Shown here piece by piece: positions 1 through 6,464 of a stretch of 13,241 bases of DNA. Each line of letters begins with the position of its first letter. The stretch's first letter is position 1. The notes beneath the pieces were generated by a model that made no database searches, had not been told where the DNA came from, and saw only the letters and a list, made by a program, of their open reading frames with translations. A program made the position numbers and the translations under genes. The DNA is from a virus. Taxonomy: Duplodnaviria; Heunggongvirae; Uroviricota; Caudoviricetes. The DNA is taken from the IMG/VR virus record IMGVR_UViG_3300029998_000021; one strand, 5' to 3'.

Positions 1-2
1 CA

Positions 3-458
3 AAAGCTCGCGGTGTTCATCACAATATTGGTCATAATGCAAAAACTGATAGGGGCAAAAAATCTGGTATTAAAAAATCCATGAAAAAAGATGTTCAACG
101 TGGGTTAGATTATACTCCTCTTTATAGATTTCTTCTTTCTAAGATTGGAGAAGATTGGACTAAAATTCATTCCGAAGCAATAAAAAGATTAGATTGTGAA
201 GAACCAATTTATCATTTAGTCGCTAGGAACGACTCCGAAAAAAGAGATTATGTAGGCTGTGATGAATCATCATACTATAGTGGTTTATATATTGATGAAA
301 ATAACAAATTACAAAAAGTAAATCCAAATTTTAAAAATGAAGATTTAATTCCATCTTGTAACTGTTGCACTCACACTTTCAATGGTAAAGTTCTTATTAG
401 AAAATATAATTCTGATTATTATTTAAATGAAAATTTAAATTCAAAAAAATTCGTATAA
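3..458 (+). CDS. Conserved hypothetical protein with a C-terminal CxCC-THTFNG motif; 5' end lies outside the window
   Basis: The frame is open from base 3 (KARGVHHNIGHNAKTDRGKKSGIKKS) into the tracked ORF at 81, so the true start is upstream. The RGLDYTPLYRFLLSK, YYSGLYIDE and CNCCTHTFNG blocks resemble an uncharacterised family I recall from Bacteroidota (not database-verified). Confidence 0.8.
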   Translation, partial: KARGVHHNIGHNAKTDRGKKSGIKKSMKKDVQRGLDYTPLYRFLLSKIGEDWTKIHSEAIKRLDCEEPIYHLVARNDSEKRDYVGCDESSYYSGLYIDENNKLQKVNPNFKNEDLIPSCNCCTHTFNGKVLIRKYNSDYYLNENLNSKKFV

Positions 459-461
459 ATG

Positions 462-493
462 TTTGGTGTATTTAAATAAATATAGTATCTTTG
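462..493 (+). promoter_or_regulatory. Bacteroidota sigma-A type promoter (-33 TTTG / -7 TAnnTTTG)
   Basis: TTTG at 462-465, a 20-nt spacer, TATCTTTG at 486-493, then the ATG at 525. This matches the known Bacteroides/Flavobacterium consensus. Confidence 0.7.
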
Positions 494-524
494 TAGAGTC
501 AAATAAATAAAAAACACAATTAAA

Positions 525-1382
525 ATGAAAAGAAGATTCTTTTTTAACAGAGTAGTTGCAATCACTAAAGTATTTAATGGTGTCAAAGCAAATGAAGACC
601 TTGATAAATTTGATAATCAGATTGAAAATGGCTGGTTAATTACAAAGTATGACAACAGGGAAATTTGTAGGGTAGAAGTTTCTAAAGTTTATTACAATTT
701 TGATTTTTCACATTTTTCAAAATCAATTTTATCAGAAATACAAAAATATTTCACACCTGAAACCTACAAACTTAAAGCAGCAAGCGGTGTACAAGAGATC
801 AAATTGATCGGTGATGAATTATTTATTGATAATGAGCGGTATGAAAAAATGATTAGTATTGTCAACTCTACTGACAAAAGTAGGGCTCTTTCAATGAATG
901 TTGGTCTGGTAAAATGTGAAAAAGGTAAGAATCCAACATCAATTACAATCTTAACTAGTTTTAGCAACAAACATTACAAATCTTCGTTACCTGAAAAAAT
1001 AAAATCTTTCTCTGAAAATCTTATCAATTTCAATATGGATATTGATTTTCATGTTAAAACAATTGACGACTTAAAAAATAAAGAAGTCACAATTGTAGAA
1101 TTCGCAAAATCTGTTCTTTTTGACAAAAAAGGCAAACTTGTAAAAAGTGTTGAATTAAAACTCGCAGCATTAGGTAAAAAATTAATGTATGAATATGGTT
1201 TCAGAAAAAATTATAATACTTTAAGTAATTTAACTGCTGCCGATATTGATAAAATTGAGGATTTAACATTGAATGCAAAAGTACTATATAGCGCATATGT
1301 TGAATTATTCAAAGATAGTGATACATCTATTATTGCAAGAGAATCAAGAAGGGTTATTGAAGCAATTGAATCTATTAATTAA
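525..1382 (+). CDS. Hypothetical protein, possibly distant DUF932-like
   Basis: 285-aa ORF with an A-rich start context, an upstream promoter and a downstream terminator. ISIVNSTDKSRALSMNVGL weakly recalls the DUF932 NSxDGSxA...G motif. The CDS is solid; the family call is weak (about 0.3). Confidence 0.85.
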   Translation: MKRRFFFNRVVAITKVFNGVKANEDLDKFDNQIENGWLITKYDNREICRVEVSKVYYNFDFSHFSKSILSEIQKYFTPETYKLKAASGVQEIKLIGDELFIDNERYEKMISIVNSTDKSRALSMNVGLVKCEKGKNPTSITILTSFSNKHYKSSLPEKIKSFSENLINFNMDIDFHVKTIDDLKNKEVTIVEFAKSVLFDKKGKLVKSVELKLAALGKKLMYEYGFRKNYNTLSNLTAADIDKIEDLTLNAKVLYSAYVELFKDSDTSIIARESRRVIEAIESIN

Positions 1383-1402
1383 AATTTAATATCTCACAAA
1401 TT

Positions 1403-1430
1403 AAAAAGAAGGTTATCACCTTCTTTTTTT
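1403..1430 (+). terminator. Intrinsic terminator (probably bidirectional)
   Basis: AAAAAGAAGGT (1403-1413), TATC loop, ACCTTCTTTTT (1418-1428), continuing into a T-tract; 20 nt after the stop at 1382. Confidence 0.8.
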
Positions 1431-1455
1431 ATTTTTTACTGAATAGTTCAGAGCA

Positions 1456-1487
1456 TTTTTTTTATTCTAAAAAAATAATTACATTTG
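1456..1487 (+). promoter_or_regulatory. Promoter-like motif (T-tract ... TACATTTG) upstream of the ECF sigma gene
   Basis: TACATTTG at 1480-1487 with the T-tract 24 nt upstream; same layout as the motifs at 3429, 6405 and 7854. Confidence 0.55.
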
Positions 1488-1536
1488 ATTATACAAAAAG
1501 AAAAACAAATCAATATAATTATTTTTAAATTATAAA

Positions 1537-1571
1537 ATATAGTAAAACAAAGACTAGATTTTTTACTATAT
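1537..1571. repeat. Perfect 11-bp inverted repeat in the sigma-factor leader
   Basis: ATATAGTAAAA (1537-1547), a 13-nt spacer, TTTTACTATAT (1561-1571); ends 20 nt before the ATG at 1592. Confidence 0.6.
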
Positions 1572-1591
1572 ATATGCTCTAAATTATATCT

Positions 1592-2242
1592 ATGAAAGAA
1601 AACGACAAAATTAACGAACTTGAAAGACAGTTTGAAGAAAGAACAAACCTTAATTTTCAAAACTTTTACAAAAACTATAAGCCAAGATTAATGTGGTATA
1701 TATCTAGATACACCAAAGATCCTGAAATAGCAGAGGACCATGTAGAAGATGCTTTTATACAAGCATTATTAAATATTAGTACGTATAAAAGACCAGATGA
1801 AGGTGGTGCACAAGTAAATACCTGGATTTACAAAATTGCTGAAAATATTGTCAAAAAGGCTCACAAAGATAGTGAACGTCTTCCAACCAATTCATTAGAC
1901 AAAGAAATGGCAGAAAATTTTAATTTATCTAACATTATTCCATATGATGATGGTAGACGGCATATTGATGAATATAATATATTTGTTAAAAAAGCTAATT
2001 TTATTAAAGAGACAATCTATAATTTACCTGAAAAAGATTTCAAATATAAAAAAGTTTTAATTATGAGAGAAATTGAAGGTATGGCATATAAAGAGATTTC
2101 AGAGGAATTAAATATTAATCTTTCAACTATTAAATCTCAGATTAAAAAAGGTAGAAATATTGTTAAAAAAAGAGTGCAAAAAAAATTTTCCGAAATAGAT
2201 CACAATGGCGCAGAAGGCGAAGAAGAACATAATATCTTATGA
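1592..2242 (+). CDS. ECF (sigma-24 type) RNA polymerase sigma factor
   Basis: Region 2: YKNYKPRLMWYISRYTKDPEIAEDHVEDAFIQAL...NTWIYKIAEN. Region 4.2 HTH: LPEK...KVLIMREIEGMAYKEISEELNINLSTIKSQIKKGR. 216 aa, with no region 1.1 or 3. Confidence 0.93.
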   Translation: MKENDKINELERQFEERTNLNFQNFYKNYKPRLMWYISRYTKDPEIAEDHVEDAFIQALLNISTYKRPDEGGAQVNTWIYKIAENIVKKAHKDSERLPTNSLDKEMAENFNLSNIIPYDDGRRHIDEYNIFVKKANFIKETIYNLPEKDFKYKKVLIMREIEGMAYKEISEELNINLSTIKSQIKKGRNIVKKRVQKKFSEIDHNGAEGEEEHNIL

Positions 2243-2471
2243 GTCCTGTAAATGGAATATAAAATTATGGAGACAAAGATGGTATTTATATGCCATCTTT
2301 CTTCATATTAAAAACTATCTAAATCCAATGGTAGTAATTGAATTATTACTTGGTGGTAGATTAGATATAGACACTGAGAAAAAAATGGGATTAGATTGGC
2401 GAGATATTAAAAGACATATTGAATTAAGTAAAATGTATAAATTTTCAACAAAATATGAAAGAGAAGATTGA
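2205..2471 (+). CDS. Small hypothetical protein (start uncertain)
   Basis: 88-aa ORF filling the gap between the sigma gene and the next gene; it overlaps sigma by 38 nt and the next ORF by 17 nt. It has an aromatic/hydrophobic segment, WYLYAIFLH...MVVIELLLGG. Confidence 0.6.
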   Translation: MAQKAKKNIISYESCKWNIKLWRQRWYLYAIFLHIKNYLNPMVVIELLLGGRLDIDTEKKMGLDWRDIKRHIELSKMYKFSTKYERED

Positions 2472-2679
2472 AAATATAAAAATCAGAAAAACAGTAACTT
2501 ATGAAATTGAAGTTATTGAAACTAATGAACCAATTCCAAAAGAACAAGAAATCGATTTTATAGAATGGTTGTCAAGTATGACAAGCGAATGTACAACAGG
2601 CAAAAATCATGAATATTATTCTTATACAGATAATTATAAAGAAGATATTGGCGTGACATTTTATATAAGAACCATTTAA
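2455..2679 (+). CDS. Small acidic hypothetical protein
   Basis: 74-aa ORF with an A-rich start context, overlapping the upstream stop and ending 11 nt before the rhomboid start. Confidence 0.75.
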   Translation: MKEKIENIKIRKTVTYEIEVIETNEPIPKEQEIDFIEWLSSMTSECTTGKNHEYYSYTDNYKEDIGVTFYIRTI

Positions 2680-2690
2680 AATAAAAAATA

Positions 2691-3428
2691 ATGAAAGATA
2701 GAAATGAAAAACCTATTCCTGGTTATGATTTTTCTTTAAGCAAAGAAAAAATAAAAGAAATTTTTAATACACCAGAAAAAATAGAGTATTCAGAAAAAAA
2801 GAAAAAAACTCAAAAAAGAAGAGAAAATGTTTATAAATTCACATCAATTGGATTATCTACTAATTCTGTGAGAAATTTAATTATAGCAAATGTAATATTT
2901 TTTATTGCCTCATATTTTATAAATATGAATTCTCTTGCATTATTTAATATTACAGACCAACATTTTGCAATATGGCAACCAATAACCTCAATGTTTCTTC
3001 ATGGTGGAATTTTGCATATATTATTAAATATGTTTGTTTTATGGCAATTTGGTAATCAAATTGAGCAAGTTATTGGTACAAATAAATTTTTAACATTATA
3101 TTTCCTAAGTGGAATAACTTCATCATTACTTTGGATGTTTCTTGGAACAGGTCCAGCTGTTGGCGCATCAGGCGCATTATGTGGGTTATTAGCAGCTTAT
3201 ATTTTCATTGCACCTGAAACTGAAGTATTATTTTTATTTATTATTCCAATGAAAATGAAAAATTTTATATATGGATTTGGTGCATTGTCCCTTATATTTG
3301 GATTATTATCATTAATAAATCCATCTTATGGATTTGGTATTGGTCACTTTGCACATCTTGGTGGACTAATTGGTGGTTATTTACTTACTTATTATTGGAC
3401 TAAAAATAAATTAATTCAAACATTTTAA
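2691..3428 (+). CDS. Rhomboid family intramembrane serine protease
   Basis: WQPITSMFLHGGILHILLN (L1 loop and HxxxN), catalytic GASG (Ser at 3168-3170), AHLGG (His at 3354-3356) and several hydrophobic helices. It has a charged, soluble N-terminal extension of about 55 aa. Confidence 0.95.
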   Translation: MKDRNEKPIPGYDFSLSKEKIKEIFNTPEKIEYSEKKKKTQKRRENVYKFTSIGLSTNSVRNLIIANVIFFIASYFINMNSLALFNITDQHFAIWQPITSMFLHGGILHILLNMFVLWQFGNQIEQVIGTNKFLTLYFLSGITSSLLWMFLGTGPAVGASGALCGLLAAYIFIAPETEVLFLFIIPMKMKNFIYGFGALSLIFGLLSLINPSYGFGIGHFAHLGGLIGGYLLTYYWTKNKLIQTF

Positions 3429-3460
3429 TTTTTTTATTCAAAAAAAAATGTCTATATTTG
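3429..3460 (+). promoter_or_regulatory. Promoter-like motif (T-tract ... TATATTTG)
   Basis: TATATTTG at 3453-3460, with the T-tract at the -33 position, 18 nt before the ATG at 3479. Confidence 0.55.
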
Positions 3461-3478
3461 AAGTCTAAAATATAAACT

Positions 3479-3754
3479 ATGAAAAAGATTATATTATTAT
3501 TTTTCTTAATGACATTTACATTTTCAGTTTTTTCTAATCAATATTTTGATACAGAAAAAGGCAAACAATCCATAAAACCAGCAATTGCTCAAATGGATAC
3601 TGCTAAAGTTTATGCTGAAAAAAGTGCAAATTTATTAGTTAAAGAATATAAAATGTGGGGGTTAACGAAAACAATTCAAGTGAATAGTAATGTCTTCTTA
3701 CCAATCGTACTATTCATAACATTATTCTTAGTTTGGTTAAAAAATAAAAAATAA
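3479..3754 (+). CDS. Small exported membrane protein: N-terminal signal peptide plus C-terminal TM anchor and basic tail
   Basis: MKKIILLFFLMTFTFSVFS is a signal-like N-terminus. VFLPIVLFITLFLVWL (3692-3739) is followed by KNKK-stop. Confidence 0.85.
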   Translation: MKKIILLFFLMTFTFSVFSNQYFDTEKGKQSIKPAIAQMDTAKVYAEKSANLLVKEYKMWGLTKTIQVNSNVFLPIVLFITLFLVWLKNKK

Positions 3755-3766
3755 ATAATAAAAAAT

Positions 3767-5395
3767 ATGATAGATTTTTATAAACATGTGATACCCGATA
3801 GAATGCACGAAAAGCTTACAGAAGCTGTCGTAGCAATGATGGCAACAGGTAATTTGCCATATTATGGTGAATTTGCGTTATTCATCAACTTTTTTGAAAC
3901 AAAAAATAATCCTTATGTTCCAACAGCAGGAGTAAACGTCACATCTGCTGGTATGAATTTTTACTGGGATCGCAAATTCATTGAAAGTTTAAGTCAATCG
4001 GCAGTAAATTTCCTATTAATTCATGAAGAATTTCATATTCTTTTTGATCACATCAAACGAAGTGTTGGTTATGATCAAAAATCGGCAAACATTGTTCAAG
4101 ATATGATTATAAATCAAATCATTCTTGATGAAATTATGAAACAACAAGGTCTTGGATCAGGACCAACACCATTTATCAGCATTCCAAAAGATATACTCAA
4201 AAACAATAGTGCTCTTTTTATTCCAAAAGAATACAAAGGTGAGCCAGTTTTTGAAGACCTATACGAATGGTATGTTAATAAAAAACGAGAATGGCAAGAA
4301 AAAAATAAAGATAAAATCCAGCAAATGAGAAAAGAAGCTGGTAAATGTCCTAAATGTGGCGCATCTATTCCTCAACCAGGAGATCAATCAGAAAATCAAG
4401 ATGATGGGGAGAGTGGTGAAAATGATAAAGGACAAGGAAACAAAGAAAAAGACGGTCAAGTCGGTGGAAAAAGCGGTGCAGACGGTAAAAATAAAGAAAA
4501 ACAAGGCAAAAGCGGTCAAGGTGGTGATCAAGATAGTGACGAAAATAGTGGTAATGAAGGTAATGAAAATAAATGCCCTAATTGCGGACACGAGCATAAC
4601 AATAATCAGTCTCGTCAAGGAAAAAAAGACACCTCTGGTAAAGATAGGTATGGTAAATACGGCAAAAACGATGCTGAATGTTATTCACTAGACACAATTT
4701 TTGAAGGTGAAGAAAGAGAAGAACAAAATACTCTTGACGCTCATCTACCAGATGATATTCCACAAGAATTAAAAAGAGAAATTGTTGAAGGAATAATGAC
4801 AAAGCTGAAAAACAGGGGACTTTCCTCTGGCGAAGTTGAAGCAATTTTAAATAAACTTCGTAAAACACGTATTGACTATTTAAAAGAAATAAAAAGAACA
4901 ATGAGTAGTCATATTTTTGGTTCTAAGAAATCAAAAACAATAGTTAGACCAAACCGTAGAGGTATTGATGGACTTAAAGGAAATAAAAAATATAAAAACG
5001 AAATTAACGTCATATTAGACACAAGTGGTTCGATGTCAGGTAGCTTCGAAAAAGTATTATCCTACATTTTCCAAAACGATATTGAAATGAATTTAGTTCA
5101 AATAGACACAGAAGTAAAAAAAGTATATAAAATTACTTGTAAAAAAGAACTAGAAAAAATGAAAATTTTTGGTCTTGGCGGTACAACTTTAACTCCAGCA
5201 TTAAAATTTATTGCAGATAAAAAAAATAAAATAAGCATATTCAACACTGTAATTTTAACTGACGGATGTACAGATTCGTTAGATTTTCAAGGAATTAGAA
5301 CAAAAACTTTGATTTTATCCACAGATGGTAAATGTCCAATTGCATTTGATAATGGTAAAATTAAGCAGATTGAGCATATTGATAAACAAGATTAA
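3767..5395 (+). CDS. DUF2201-type putative zinc metallopeptidase fused to a VWA domain
   Basis: PTAGV, HEEFH (HExxH, 4022-4036) and NIVQDMIIN in the N-terminal domain; a G/Q/D/E/K-rich linker; VWA MIDAS residues DTSGS (5018-5032), GGTTL and LTDG. Confidence 0.92.
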   Translation: MIDFYKHVIPDRMHEKLTEAVVAMMATGNLPYYGEFALFINFFETKNNPYVPTAGVNVTSAGMNFYWDRKFIESLSQSAVNFLLIHEEFHILFDHIKRSVGYDQKSANIVQDMIINQIILDEIMKQQGLGSGPTPFISIPKDILKNNSALFIPKEYKGEPVFEDLYEWYVNKKREWQEKNKDKIQQMRKEAGKCPKCGASIPQPGDQSENQDDGESGENDKGQGNKEKDGQVGGKSGADGKNKEKQGKSGQGGDQDSDENSGNEGNENKCPNCGHEHNNNQSRQGKKDTSGKDRYGKYGKNDAECYSLDTIFEGEEREEQNTLDAHLPDDIPQELKREIVEGIMTKLKNRGLSSGEVEAILNKLRKTRIDYLKEIKRTMSSHIFGSKKSKTIVRPNRRGIDGLKGNKKYKNEINVILDTSGSMSGSFEKVLSYIFQNDIEMNLVQIDTEVKKVYKITCKKELEKMKIFGLGGTTLTPALKFIADKKNKISIFNTVILTDGCTDSLDFQGIRTKTLILSTDGKCPIAFDNGKIKQIEHIDKQD

Positions 5396-6198
5396 TATTT
5401 AAATTCGGATTCAATCTTTATATTCTTAGTAGAATTTATAGAGTTCTTTGTAAAGCACAAATTAGAAATATCACCTATAATCTCAGGTGATATTTCTTTT
5501 TGATAACCATACCAAATAGAAATTTTATGATCAAGAGAAGGATAATTTGGATCTTGTCCACGTAAAATAAAATTACTCCTTATATCCTCATTGTCATAAT
5601 AATCTAAACCATTCCATTCTAATAATAGTGCTTTTTTATTTCTATTAGTAATTCTATTGACATTTCTTTTATATAAAATAAAATCTGAAAGTAAATTATC
5701 TGACAATTGTATGCCAATTTTTATTCTAGTATTTTTCATTTTTTCAATGACAGCATCGCTTTGACTGGCACTTTCAAATCCATATCTTTCTAAATTTGTT
5801 TTCTTAATTTTTTCTTTAACATCATTTAACTTAAAAACACTATCAACACCATATTTATCTATATTATTTTCTTTTCGTTTATCTAATAATTCTTTGTTTT
5901 GAAATGTATGTTCAACTCCATATTTTTCTTTATTTGTTTTTATATTCTTATTTATTGAACATTTTTTACAACAGTAATAATCATGCGATTTTAAAGATTT
6001 TGTATATGTTCTCATTTTTATATTTGTTTCACAGCCACAATCCGCACATTTCGCTTTTATTAAAGAATTACTATTTTTACATAAATGTATAGATAATACC
6101 ATCATATCTATACCAACAATAGCATTATAACCTAAAGATATAAAATGATTTTTATTTCTAGAATTCACACCAACATTAACATACTCTTCAATTATCAT
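5392..6198 (-). CDS. Putative free-standing HNH-type endonuclease with an N-terminal Cys4 Zn finger and (K/R)YG(V/F)(E/D) repeats
   Basis: CADC...CKKC; three repeats of about 22 aa (KYGVE, KYGVD, RYGFE); a C-terminal PSLDHKIS...SNL...SINSTK giving an H-N-N signature (His 5527-5529, Asn 5461-5463, Asn 5434-5436). Confidence 0.75.
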   Translation of the reverse strand: MIIEEYVNVGVNSRNKNHFISLGYNAIVGIDMMVLSIHLCKNSNSLIKAKCADCGCETNIKMRTYTKSLKSHDYYCCKKCSINKNIKTNKEKYGVEHTFQNKELLDKRKENNIDKYGVDSVFKLNDVKEKIKKTNLERYGFESASQSDAVIEKMKNTRIKIGIQLSDNLLSDFILYKRNVNRITNRNKKALLLEWNGLDYYDNEDIRSNFILRGQDPNYPSLDHKISIWYGYQKEISPEIIGDISNLCFTKNSINSTKNIKIESEFKY

Positions 6199-6337
6199 TT
6201 CTATCTTTTATTTTTTCAAACTCTTTTTTAATAATTTTTTCAACCCAATCATTTAATTTTAGTGAATTTTCTTTTGCATATTTTTTCAAATCAGTATGCA
6301 AGTTTTCGTCTATTTTCATATTTTTTAACTTTCTCAT
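6188..6337 (-). CDS. 49-aa ribbon-helix-helix DNA-binding protein (CopG/Arc/HicB-like); absent from the ORF track
   Basis: Manual translation gives MRKLKNMKIDENLHTDLKKYAKENSLKLNDWVEKIIKKEFEKIKDRNDN*. The alternating strand KNMKID followed by two amphipathic helices fits an RHH fold. Its stop overlaps the HNH gene start by 11 nt. Confidence 0.8.
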   Translation of the reverse strand: MRKLKNMKIDENLHTDLKKYAKENSLKLNDWVEKIIKKEFEKIKDRNDN

Positions 6338-6364
6338 ATTACTATATATAAAATATATAAGGTC

Positions 6365-6393
6365 AAAAAGATAAAAAAAGATATAAAAAGATA
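6365..6393. repeat. Three direct repeats of AAAAAGATA at exact 10-bp spacing; candidate operator
   Basis: Copies at 6365-6373, 6375-6383 and 6385-6393, in the divergent intergenic region 27 nt upstream of the RHH start. Confidence 0.65.
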
Positions 6394-6404
6394 ATTATTT
6401 TCAA

Positions 6405-6436
6405 TTTTTTTTATTTATAAATAATGTTTATCTTTG
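6405..6436 (+). promoter_or_regulatory. Promoter-like motif (T-tract ... TATCTTTG)
   Basis: TATCTTTG at 6429-6436, T-tract starting at 6405, ATG at 6465. Confidence 0.6.
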
Positions 6437-6464
6437 AATTATAAAATAAAAACTCACTTAAATT

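Noticed and set aside
764-970. 68-aa minus-strand ORF
   Set aside because: Antisense shadow inside the 285-aa gene, with no motif.
1448-1660. 70-aa minus-strand ORF
   Set aside because: F/K/I-rich translation of AT-rich promoter DNA that overlaps the sigma start.
4356-4901. Three alternative-frame ORFs (4356-4691 +, 4388-4618 -, 4578-4901 -)
   Set aside because: They arise from the low-complexity linker codons of the VWA gene and have biased, motif-free translations.
5904-6092. 62-aa plus-strand ORF
   Set aside because: Antisense shadow of the HNH gene.
5386-6400. Possible target-site duplication around the HNH cassette (GATTAATATTT at 5390-5400 versus GATAATTATTT at 6390-6400)
   Set aside because: Only 9/11 identity in almost pure A/T sequence, and the left copy overlaps the nuclease stop. 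No transposase or terminal inverted repeats, so it is not called an IS.
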